A stretch of DNA of 64,000 nucleotides from an uncultured Gemmatimonadales bacterium (GTDB lineage: Bacteria; Gemmatimonadota; Gemmatimonadetes; Gemmatimonadales; Gemmatimonadaceae), in contig OY969695.1 of assembly GCA_963701965.1 (NCBI GenBank), positions 3,520,001 to 3,584,000 of the forward strand. The letters run 5' to 3'. This document shows positions 18,731 through 27,403 of this stretch, piece after piece. The notes beneath the pieces are model-generated. The model made no database searches, was not told the origin of the DNA, and saw nothing but the letters and a program-made list of their open reading frames with translations. Positions within the stretch are counted from its first letter, which is position 1; each line of letters starts with the position of its first letter. A program made the translations under genes and the position numbers.

Positions 18731-19227
18731 CGGCCCTGCTTCTTCCGGCTCTCTGCCGCCACGGTGGCGGCGATCGCCTCCAACTCGATGAGATGCTCCC
18801 GGTCTTTCGACCGCCCTGCCGCGCGCTTGGCGCGGATGAGCGCGTCGAGTGTCAGCGTGCGAAACCGTATGCCCGCGACCGCGAGTTCTTGAGACTCGGC
18901 GAGGCACTTGGCGTAATCGCCCACGCCCTTCACGACATCCATGATGTCGAACCACCCCTGGCTCGTCGTCAGCGTCAGTATCGGCGCCTGGTGCAGCGTC
19001 TTCGCATCCATGATGAAGGGCAGTCCTTTTTGGACGCCGCGGGGATACGCGTCCCACCGCGCCAGGAGAGCGGCGAGCCGGTCCAGGTTGTCGGGCGCCG
19101 TGTCGTAGCAGATGTCGATGTCGTCGGTCACGCGGGCCGAACCGTGGGCCGTCGCGGAAAAGCCACCGACGACGACAAAGCGAACGCCCGCGTCGACGAG
19201 TCCCGCAATGGTGCCGAGGAGGCTCAT
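18727..19227 (-). CDS. Pol-beta-superfamily nucleotidyltransferase (possible toxin)
   Basis: FVVVGG.SA.AHGS.RVT.DID and LIRAKRAAGR.KD motifs. Confidence 0.8.
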   Translation of the reverse strand: MSLLGTIAGLVDAGVRFVVVGGFSATAHGSARVTDDIDICYDTAPDNLDRLAALLARWDAYPRGVQKGLPFIMDAKTLHQAPILTLTTSQGWFDIMDVVKGVGDYAKCLAESQELAVAGIRFRTLTLDALIRAKRAAGRSKDREHLIELEAIAATVAAESRKKQGR

Positions 19228-19700
19228 CGTCGCGCTGCGCCGCGCAAGGCGCTCACGAATTGCGCGTTTTCGTTGAGCATCACGAGCCGTTCCTCCGGCG
19301 TCATCGCCAGGTGCTGATCGACGAGCGTGAGGTCGATCCCGTAGTCGCGAGCGCGGGCCCGGGCATCGCCGCGCGTGGCCCGTGGCCGGCCGCGGCGGAG
19401 CGGCTCATGCCGGGCGGCGAGTGACAGGCGACCGGCGTACGCCGACAGCAGGTGTGGCAGGTCGACCGTGATGTGCACATTCCCGTCGCCGGGGAGCGCG
19501 ACCCCCCCGGCCAGTGCCTTGGCCGCCAGGCGGTCGGCGCGCGGCAGCGCGACGCCGAGGGCTTGTTGGATGGCCCGGGCGACGGTGAGCCGGCGGGCAT
19601 TCTCGGCAGTGTAGGGGATGCGCCGGCGGAGCGCGGCGGCCGCGTTATGGACCCACTTCTCCGGCGCCCCGACCGCGATGGCGAACTGGGCTCGCGTCAT
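19224..19700 (-). CDS. Hypothetical HTH-like protein coupled to nucleotidyltransferase (possible antitoxin)
   Basis: N-terminal MerR-like HTH pattern; C-terminal GIDLTL...MTPEERL; ATGA coupling. Confidence 0.6.
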   Translation of the reverse strand: MTRAQFAIAVGAPEKWVHNAAAALRRRIPYTAENARRLTVARAIQQALGVALPRADRLAAKALAGGVALPGDGNVHITVDLPHLLSAYAGRLSLAARHEPLRRGRPRATRGDARARARDYGIDLTLVDQHLAMTPEERLVMLNENAQFVSALRGAARR

Positions 19701-19711
19701 GACTTAAATAT

Positions 19712-19726
19712 GTCTGACGCTCAGAC
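19712..19726. promoter_or_regulatory. Palindromic operator upstream of HTH-nucleotidyltransferase operon
   Basis: Perfect GTCTGA-cgc-TCAGAC inverted repeat in the 35-bp AT-rich gap. Confidence 0.55.
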
Positions 19727-19735
19727 TAAAAGCTA

Positions 19736-20980
19736 TTATTCGTACCGCAGGGCGGCGACGGGGTCCAATCGCGACGCGCGCAGGGCGGGGAGCAGGCCGA
19801 AGAACACGCCGGTGATGGCGCTGACGCCCAGCGAAGCGAAGAGCGCCACCGGCGGGATCGACGCCTCCACCGGGGTCACCGATCGAATGAGCCAGGTGGC
19901 GAGCCCGCCGAAGATGAGGCCAATGACGGCGCCAATGGTCGTGAGCGTCGCGGCCTCCACCAGGAACTGCCAGAGGATGGCCCCGCGCGTGGCGCCCAGC
20001 GCCTTCCGCACGCCGATCTCCCGCGTGCGCTCCGTGACACTGATCATCATGATGGCCACGACTCCCACGCCGCCCACGAGCAGCCCGATGGCCGAGAGGA
20101 CGATCATGACGAGGAAGAACACCAGCACAGTCTTGTTGTAGACCTCCATCACCTTTTCCTGACCGTAGATGAAGAAGGTATTGTCCGCCGACGGTCGCAG
20201 CCCGCGGCGGATGCGCAGGCTGCCGGTGACATCGTCCATGGCCTCGCCCTGCGCCACGCCTGCGCGCGGCTTGACCGTGATGTCGAGCCACTTGATGTTC
20301 ACCTTGAGCGACCGCCGCGCCGTCTCGAACGGCACCACGACTTTTGGTTTGTTCGCCGGATCGAACAGATTCCCGCGGGAGTGATAGACGCCAATGACTT
20401 GGTACGGCGCGTTGTCCAACGACACCAGGTTCCCGATGGCCCGCCCCGTGGGAAAGAGATCGCGCGCCACCACGTCGTTGATGAGCGCGACGTGGGCGCC
20501 GCCATCGTTCTCCCGCTGCGTGAACGTGCGCCCGGAGTCGATCTGTGCGGGATCGACCTCCGTCCACCCCGGCGTATAGGCATCGACGGTCGCCGCGCCC
20601 AGCGAGCGGTCGTTCACCCGCGCATACGCTGTCGTCCCGACGTGCACAATGACGGCGTGCACGCTGGCCAACGCGCCGATCGCGGTTGCCTCGGGCACCG
20701 TCAACGGCTTGTTGTGCCGCCACGGACAGCTGTCCGCGGACCCGCTGCAGCTGTTCACCTGCATCGGCCACCGCGTCACGTAGAATGTGGTGGGCCCGGC
20801 CGCGGCCAGGCTGGCCTCGACGCCGGAATTGATGCCGTGCACCGCCGCCGACATCGCGGTCACCACGAACACGCCGACGGCGATCCCCAGGATCGTCAGG
20901 CCGGCCCGCACGCGATTGCCCCGGATGGCATCAACGGCGATCAACACGCCCTCGGCCAGGGCCTGGACGGCGCGCCTCAT
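19736..20980 (-). CDS. ABC transporter permease, MacB/FtsX family
   Basis: LTILGIAVGV, periplasmic domain, GGVGVVAIMMISVTERTREIGVRKALGA, LDPVAALRYE. Confidence 0.93.
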   Translation of the reverse strand: MRRAVQALAEGVLIAVDAIRGNRVRAGLTILGIAVGVFVVTAMSAAVHGINSGVEASLAAAGPTTFYVTRWPMQVNSCSGSADSCPWRHNKPLTVPEATAIGALASVHAVIVHVGTTAYARVNDRSLGAATVDAYTPGWTEVDPAQIDSGRTFTQRENDGGAHVALINDVVARDLFPTGRAIGNLVSLDNAPYQVIGVYHSRGNLFDPANKPKVVVPFETARRSLKVNIKWLDITVKPRAGVAQGEAMDDVTGSLRIRRGLRPSADNTFFIYGQEKVMEVYNKTVLVFFLVMIVLSAIGLLVGGVGVVAIMMISVTERTREIGVRKALGATRGAILWQFLVEAATLTTIGAVIGLIFGGLATWLIRSVTPVEASIPPVALFASLGVSAITGVFFGLLPALRASRLDPVAALRYE

Positions 20981-22220
20981 TCGACGCGCAGGGCCACGAT
21001 GGGATCCAGCCGGGCCGCGCGACTCGCGGGGTAGGCGCCGGCCGCGATGCCCACACCGCCGCCCAATCCCACGGCGACGACCAGGGACCAGGGCGCGATC
21101 GCGGCCGGCAACGGCGAGGCGGCGGCCACGACGTGTGCCAGGCCGATCCCGAGGCCGATCCCGATGCCCGCGCCGATGAGGCTCAAGGTCGCCGATTCAC
21201 GAGGAACTGGGCCAGGATGTCGCGCCGCCGCGCCCCCAGGGACTTCCGGATGCCGATCTCGCGGGTCCGCTCGGCCACCGCGACCAGCATGATGTTCATG
21301 ATCACGATCGCGCCGACGATCAACCCAACCAATGGAAGAATCAGCCCGCCGTACACCATGAACGACTTGATTTGCTTCCAATCGCCGAGCGCCGACTCCG
21401 ACGTCTCGAAGACGAAGTCGTCGCCCTCGGCCGGGTGCAGCTTATGGCGGCGCCGCATCACGTCCCGCGTCCGATCTTCGGCGTCCAAGAGGGCGGGACC
21501 CAATGGCGCCTGCACCACGACGCCGTAGAGGCCCGAGCTCAAGCGCAACGCGTGCACCAACGAGGAGCGGAACGGCCCGATGATCTGGCGATCGAGGTCG
21601 AGACCGAAGAACGAACCTTGCGTCTCGAGCACGCCGACGACGGTGAACGGCAAGCCGTCGAGGCGCACTTCGCGGCCGAGGGGATCGAGATTGGGGAAGA
21701 GTTGCTCCGCGGTGGTCTTGCCGATGACCACCACGGGCGCGCCGTACTGGTCCTCTTCGGCGTCGAACAGTCGGCCGGCGGAGACGTGCAGGTCCTTGAT
21801 GGCGAAGTAATCGATGGTCACCGCCTCGACGATGACCTGCGGACCGCCCCGGGAGTATTGCGACCGCGGCGTCACCCACCGTGCCTGCTGGATCGCCCAG
21901 CGCGTGCCCGGCGGCAAGCCGTCGCGTACCGCTTCGGCATCCTCGGCCGTGATCAGCGGCCGGTGTTGCCAGTCGCGCCACGTCGCGGCCGAGACGTCGC
22001 CGGAGTTGAAATCCGGAAAGCGGCGGAGATTGAACGTGTTGACGCCGAGGAACTTCCCGGCGAAGTCGTCCTCGACGTAGCGGGACATGCCATTCACGAC
22101 CGCCACGACGGCGATCAAGAACATCACGCCAATGGTGACGCCCAACAGCGTGAACACGCTCTTGAGTTTCTGGACGCGGATTTGCGCCAAGGCCAGACGG
22201 ACGGCTTCCAGGATGGACAT
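20977..22220 (-). CDS. ABC transporter permease, MacB/FtsX family (apparent frameshift near 21198)
   Basis: IMNIMLVAVAERTREIGIRKSLGA; QFLV continues as ESATLSLIG...LDPIVALRVE in another frame. Confidence 0.88.
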
Positions 22221-22271
22221 GCGCTCCGCTCCAAGCAGTCCCCTTCCTACGCGGAAGCGCCCCTCAAAGTT

Positions 22272-22781
22272 TCAGCCCTTGAGGTTGATCGACAGCCCGG
22301 CGGCCATGAAGGTGACCCGGTCCGCGGCGGCCGCGACGAGGCGGTTGACCGCCCCTAGGGCGTCCCGATACGTCCGTGCCAAGGCGTTGTCGGGTACAAT
22401 GCCGAGACCGACTTCGTTGCTCACGACGATCCAGCTCGGCGTGCCGCGCCGGTAGGTCTCGATCAGGGTGCGCGTGGATCGCTCCAGCTCGCCGTCCAGG
22501 ACGTTGCTGACCCAGAGCGTCAGACAGTCGATGACGACGAGATCGTACGCGGTGCTGGCGCGCGCGATCGACGCGGCCAGATAGCGGGGCTCTTCCAGGG
22601 TCTGCCAATGGGCCGGACGCTCGCGCCGGTGCGCGGCGATCCGCACCGCCATCTCGTCGTCGAGTGCTTCGGCGGTGGCCACGAACAGCACGCGCGCGGC
22701 GCCACGCGCCAACTCCACGGCGCGCGAGCTCTTACCAGAGCGCGCGCCGCCCAGGATCAATGTCAGGGTTTTGTCAGGCAT
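22272..22781 (-). CDS. cobU: Adenosylcobinamide kinase / phosphate guanylyltransferase
   Basis: LILGGARSGKS, RIAAHRRERP, DCLTLW, VSNEVGLGIVP. Confidence 0.95.
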   Translation of the reverse strand: MPDKTLTLILGGARSGKSSRAVELARGAARVLFVATAEALDDEMAVRIAAHRRERPAHWQTLEEPRYLAASIARASTAYDLVVIDCLTLWVSNVLDGELERSTRTLIETYRRGTPSWIVVSNEVGLGIVPDNALARTYRDALGAVNRLVAAAADRVTFMAAGLSINLKG

Positions 22782-24241
22782 CCGATGAGTTGAAAGATGC
22801 GGGCGACATCGACGTGGCGACACACGAGGTCGGCCAGTGCGTCGAAGGCGGCGTCGCGTCCTGGCGGAGCGGGACCGAGATCCAGTGCTAGGCCCTTCCA
22901 TCGGGCGAGCTGCGCCAGGATGGCGCGCCGAATGTCGGTCTCTTCGAATATCCCATGGATGTATGTGCCGACGACGCGACCGCTGGCGTCGGTCGTGAGC
23001 ACCGGCCGCTCTGGTCCGTCGGTCTGGCCATGGTGAATCTCGTATCCGGTCACCGCGCATCCCTCGGCGCCGGCGAGGAGTCCGGGAGCCGCTCCAGCGC
23101 GTGCCCGAACGACCCGTGTCGTCTTCGCGGACACGAAGGTCGTGTGCACGGGGAGCAGGCCGAGCCCTGGCACGGTCGCTGACGCTGACTCTACGTGGTC
23201 CGGATCGTGGATCGCGCCACCGAGCATTCGGTACCCGCCGCAGATTCCCATGATGGGCGCGCCGCTGGACTGGCGTGCCTGGAGCGCCGCGGCGAAACCG
23301 CTGGCGCGCAGCCACTCGAGGTCGGCGACCGTGGATTTCGTGCCGGGGAGAATGAGGAGATCGGGCTGGCCTAAGTCCTCGGCGCGACGGACGTAGCGGA
23401 CGCCAACGCCGCGCTCGCGCCGCAACGGATCGAAGTCATCGAAGTTGGCCATGTGGGGCAGATGGACGACGGCGATGTCGAGCCCGCATGGTTCGGGCGC
23501 GGTGGGGACGCCGAGAGAATCCTCTTCCGGCAACCCGAGATCGCCGGCATACGGCAGGACGCCGAGTGTCGGCACGCCGGTTCGCTCGGCGAGCATCTCC
23601 GGGCCCGGCGCGAGGAGAGCGGGGTCGCCGCGAAACTTGTTGATCAGGAATCCGCGCACCAGGGCGCGCTCGGCGTCGCCGAGAAGCATGACGGTACCGT
23701 ACAGCGAGGCGAACACGCCGCCGCGCTCGATGTCGCCGACGAGGAGGACGGGGGCATCCGCCCACCGGGCCACGCGCATGTTCACGATGTCGCGCGAGGC
23801 GAGGTTGATCTCGGCGGGGCTGCCGGCGCCCTCGATGATGACGATGTCGTGGGCGGCGCGGAGATCGTCCAGACTTTCGGTGACGATCGGCCACAAGGCG
23901 TCGCGCCGGGCGTAGTAGGCGGTCGCTTCCTCGGTGGCGAGGGGACGGCCGAGCACGACGACCTGGGACCGGCGGTCGTCGGTGGGTTTGAGCAGGATGG
24001 GATTCATCTGGACCGACGGCACGACGCCGGCGGCCTCGGCCTGCGTGTACTGCGCGCGTCCGATTTCCCCGCCCGCGGGAGTGACGGCGGCGTTCAACGA
24101 CATGTTCTGCGCCTTGAACGGCGCGACCCGATAGCCGGCGCGCGCGGCGATCCGACAGAGCGCCGTCACGATGGTCGATTTGCCGGCGTGGGACGCCGTG
24201 CCTTGCACCATGAGAGCCGCGCCCAACCGTTTCCCGCGCAC
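22763..24241 (-). CDS. cobQ: Cobyric acid synthase
   Basis: MVQGTASHAGKS, PFKAQNMS, EGAGSPAEINL, GICGGY, GTYIHG. Confidence 0.96.
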   Translation of the reverse strand: MRGKRLGAALMVQGTASHAGKSTIVTALCRIAARAGYRVAPFKAQNMSLNAAVTPAGGEIGRAQYTQAEAAGVVPSVQMNPILLKPTDDRRSQVVVLGRPLATEEATAYYARRDALWPIVTESLDDLRAAHDIVIIEGAGSPAEINLASRDIVNMRVARWADAPVLLVGDIERGGVFASLYGTVMLLGDAERALVRGFLINKFRGDPALLAPGPEMLAERTGVPTLGVLPYAGDLGLPEEDSLGVPTAPEPCGLDIAVVHLPHMANFDDFDPLRRERGVGVRYVRRAEDLGQPDLLILPGTKSTVADLEWLRASGFAAALQARQSSGAPIMGICGGYRMLGGAIHDPDHVESASATVPGLGLLPVHTTFVSAKTTRVVRARAGAAPGLLAGAEGCAVTGYEIHHGQTDGPERPVLTTDASGRVVGTYIHGIFEETDIRRAILAQLARWKGLALDLGPAPPGRDAAFDALADLVCRHVDVARIFQLIGCLTKP

Positions 24242-24323
24242 GGATCGAGGCTAGTGGCCCGGCACCGCGCGCGCCAGTTGCGCGTCCGCCCGCGCCGACG
24301 TACGATTGCCTCCACAACTGTAG

Positions 24324-24485
24324 GCGAACGGGGCTCACGGAAGTCCGGTGGAATACCGGCGCGGCCCCGCCACTGTAAGAGGTGTTCCGGATGTGCTCGG
24401 ATTGTGCCACTGCTCGCGCGACATTGCGTCGCGCGGCGGCAAGGCGAGCACTGCTGCCTCGAGCCAGGAGACGCGTCTCGTTCGC
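24324..24485 (+). ncRNA. Cobalamin riboswitch
   Basis: GGAA.TCCGGTG.AATACCGGC.CGGCCCCGCCACTGTAA, GCCACTG and GAGCCAGGAGAC B12 box; P1 24324-24333 pairs with 24476-24485; precedes btu genes. Confidence 0.92.
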
Positions 24486-24609
24486 TCCCGCGTGTGACAC
24501 CCTCGAGGGAGGGGTGCGGGGCGATCTCAACCGGTAGCCGCGCACACCGTCGCCGCTCCGGACAATCGCCCGTCGCCTTCCCGACCAAAGGGGAGGAGGT
24601 GGGCGAAAC

Positions 24610-25635
24610 GTGTTTTGGGCGGCGACCGTACGAATAATCAGGTGCGCTAGCGCGGCGCTTCGCGCCAGCGCTCGCGCTACGCCGCGCGCGTACGCCGCGG
24701 CGCCGACGCGTTTCGTAACCTGTGGGTTGCCTCGAATTGCATACGGCGTGATGCTCGTGTGTGGCGTGGCGTGCAGCGCCGGCGCGCCGAAGACGCGCTC
24801 GGTGCATAGCATGCCGGTCACGGTCGTCGATGGCGATGGGGATACCGTGCGCCTTGCCACATTGGCAACGCGCGTCGTGTCGCTGGTCCCGAGCGCCACC
24901 GATCTCATTGGAGCGCTCGGCCAGCCGTCGCCGCTCGTCGGGCGGACGCGATACGATACGGCCAAAGCCATCCAGACCGTAGCGTCAGTCGGCGGGACGG
25001 AGGACCCGGACCTGGAGCGACTGTTTGCGCTCCAACCGGATCTGATCATTGCGTGGCAGGGCGCCAAGCGGGCTCCCATACGGCGGACGATCGCATCCCA
25101 CGGGATCGCGGTCTACGCCGCCGACACGCGCGACTCCGCCGCGCTCTATCGGACCGTGCACGACCTCGGCGCGCTCCTGGGTCGCGACTCCACCGCCGCG
25201 GCGCTGGCCAGCACGCTACGCGCCCAGATCGACAGCGTGCATGCGTCGGTCGCCGGGCTCGGGACACCGAGCGTGCTGTTCGTGATCTGGGGCGATCCGC
25301 CCATGACCGTCGGCCCGCACACGTTCATCGCCGAGTTGATCCGGATCGCCGGTGGCCGCGACGCATTCGACGACGCGACGACCGATTGGCCGCGCGTCTC
25401 GATGGAGCAGATCGTGCATCGCGCGCCAGACGTCGTGGTACTCTCCGTGGGAGAGGATTCCGCCCGGGGCGCCGAGCTCCTGCGGCACAGTCCAGGGTGG
25501 CGTACGCTCCCGGCCGTGCGCACGGGTCACGTCGCCGAGGTGCCGGCCGACCTCACGATTCGCCCCGGGCCGTTGTTCGGCGTCGCCGCCCGCACCTTCC
25601 GCGACGCGATCCACCCGGAGGCGCGCCACCAGTGA
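24610..25635 (+). CDS. btuF: Cobalamin ABC transporter substrate-binding protein
   Basis: RVVSLVPSAT, VGRTRYD, PDLERLFALQPDLI, AGG, RPGP; GGAGGAGG SD before GTG 24610 (ATG 24751 is an alternative). Confidence 0.88.
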   Translation: MFWAATVRIIRCASAALRASARATPRAYAAAPTRFVTCGLPRIAYGVMLVCGVACSAGAPKTRSVHSMPVTVVDGDGDTVRLATLATRVVSLVPSATDLIGALGQPSPLVGRTRYDTAKAIQTVASVGGTEDPDLERLFALQPDLIIAWQGAKRAPIRRTIASHGIAVYAADTRDSAALYRTVHDLGALLGRDSTAAALASTLRAQIDSVHASVAGLGTPSVLFVIWGDPPMTVGPHTFIAELIRIAGGRDAFDDATTDWPRVSMEQIVHRAPDVVVLSVGEDSARGAELLRHSPGWRTLPAVRTGHVAEVPADLTIRPGPLFGVAARTFRDAIHPEARHQ

Positions 25636-26627
25636 TGCCGCGCCGGGCCGCGGCCGTGCTGGCGACTCTCGCGATGTTGGTCGTGATCGCCTTCGCGATC
25701 AGCCTGCGCGTGGGATCCGTGACGCTCGATGCCCGTGCGGTAGTCGTCGCCCTGTCGGGCCGGGGGGACCCCGCGACGGTGGCCATCATCAGAGAGCTTC
25801 GACTTCCCCGCGCCACAGTCGCCATGCTCATTGGCGCCGCCCTCGCCGTCAGCGGCGTCACGTTCCAAGCGCTGTTGCGGAACCCGCTGGCCGAGCCCTA
25901 TGTCCTGGGAGTATCGGGCGGCGCCGCACTGGGTGCCGTCGCGGCGATCGTGGTTGGCGCGGCGATGCCGGTCCCGTGGTCCGTGTCCGCCGCCGCATTC
26001 GCCGGCGCCGCGCTGGCGATCCTGCTCGTGCTCCGCATCGCCGCCGGAGTCGGTCCGACCCTCGACACGCGCGTGCTGCTCCTGGCCGGCGTCGTCGTCG
26101 GCGCCTTTGCCAACGCCGGGATCTTTCTCATCCTCTCCGTCGCCGACGTCGCTGCCTTCCGCTCGGCTGCGGGTTGGATGATGGGCAGCTTGTCGGGGTC
26201 CACCTGGCCCGGCGCGGCGACCCTGGCCGCGTATCTGGTCCCCAGCCTCGCGCTGCTGCTCACGCTGGCCCGTCCCCTCAACGCGCTCGCCATCGGCGAG
26301 GACACCGCGGCCTATCTCGGCATCTCGGTGGAGCGCACGAAATGGCTCGCCTACGGCGCGGCCTCCTTGCTCGCCGCGGCATCGGTCGCCGCCGCCGGCA
26401 TCATCGGCTTCGTCGGTCTCATCGTGCCTCACGCCGCGCGCCTGGCGTGGGGCAGCGACCATAGGATACTGCTACCTGCGTCGGCACTGCTCGGCGCGGC
26501 GTTCCTCCTCCTCGCCGACACGCTCGCCCGCACCGCCGTCGCTCCGACCGAGCTGCCGCTGGGCGCGGTCACCGCCGTCATCGGCGTCCCACTCTTCGTC
26601 GCGCTGCTCCGGCGCCCGCGCGCATGA
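25635..26627 (+). CDS. btuC: Cobalamin ABC transporter permease (FecCD family)
   Basis: LRLPR, FQALLRNPLAEPYVLG, GIIGFVGLIVPH, ELPLG. Confidence 0.92.
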   Translation: MPRRAAAVLATLAMLVVIAFAISLRVGSVTLDARAVVVALSGRGDPATVAIIRELRLPRATVAMLIGAALAVSGVTFQALLRNPLAEPYVLGVSGGAALGAVAAIVVGAAMPVPWSVSAAAFAGAALAILLVLRIAAGVGPTLDTRVLLLAGVVVGAFANAGIFLILSVADVAAFRSAAGWMMGSLSGSTWPGAATLAAYLVPSLALLLTLARPLNALAIGEDTAAYLGISVERTKWLAYGAASLLAAASVAAAGIIGFVGLIVPHAARLAWGSDHRILLPASALLGAAFLLLADTLARTAVAPTELPLGAVTAVIGVPLFVALLRRPRA

Positions 26628-27403
26628 CCGCGGCGTGGGAATGCCAGGATCTCACGATTCGATACCCCGGCGCGCCCGCGCCGGCGCTCGATCGCGTGAC
26701 CCTGGCACTGGAAGAGGGCGCGTGCACCGTCGTCCTCGGCCCGAATGGATCGGGCAAGTCGACTCTCTTGCGCGCATTGCTCGGCGTGCAACCTCCCGGG
26801 AGTGGCGACGTACGATGCTTCGGCACGCCCGTTCGCGCCTGGCGGCGCGATGCCTTGGCGCGCGCGGTTGGGGTCGTGCCCCAGGGCGAGCGCGAGACGT
26901 TTGCCATGACCGCGCGCGAAGTCGTCGCCATGGGGCGCTACCCGCATTTGGGCCCGTGGCGGGCCGAGCATGCCGAGGACCAGGCCGCGATCGCGTCGGC
27001 CATGGCGCGGTGCGATGTCGCCGACTTCGGCAGTCGATACATGGACACCCTGTCGGGCGGTGAGCGGCAGCGCGTACGCGTCGCGCGCGCACTCGCGCAG
27101 GAACCCCGCGCGCTCGTGCTGGATGAGCCCACCGCGTCGTTGGATCTCCGACACGAGATGGAAGTCCTGACGCTGCTCGCGACCCTGGCGTCGAGCGGCG
27201 TCACCATCGTCTTGGTGACCCATAATCTCAGCGTTGCCGCCCAGTACGCGAATCGCGTCGTGCTCCTGGATCGCGGGCGACTGGTAGCTGACGGTCCGTC
27301 GGATGCCGTGCTCACCACGGAGCGATTGAGCGGCGTGTTCGGTTGGCCCGTGGAACTGGTCCGCGGTGGCGCCGGCACCCCGTACATCGTGCCCACGCAC
27401 TGA
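26624..27403 (+). CDS. btuD: Cobalamin ABC transporter ATPase
   Basis: GPNGSGKS, LSGGERQR, LDEPT. Confidence 0.9.
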   Translation: MTAAWECQDLTIRYPGAPAPALDRVTLALEEGACTVVLGPNGSGKSTLLRALLGVQPPGSGDVRCFGTPVRAWRRDALARAVGVVPQGERETFAMTAREVVAMGRYPHLGPWRAEHAEDQAAIASAMARCDVADFGSRYMDTLSGGERQRVRVARALAQEPRALVLDEPTASLDLRHEMEVLTLLATLASSGVTIVLVTHNLSVAAQYANRVVLLDRGRLVADGPSDAVLTTERLSGVFGWPVELVRGGAGTPYIVPTH

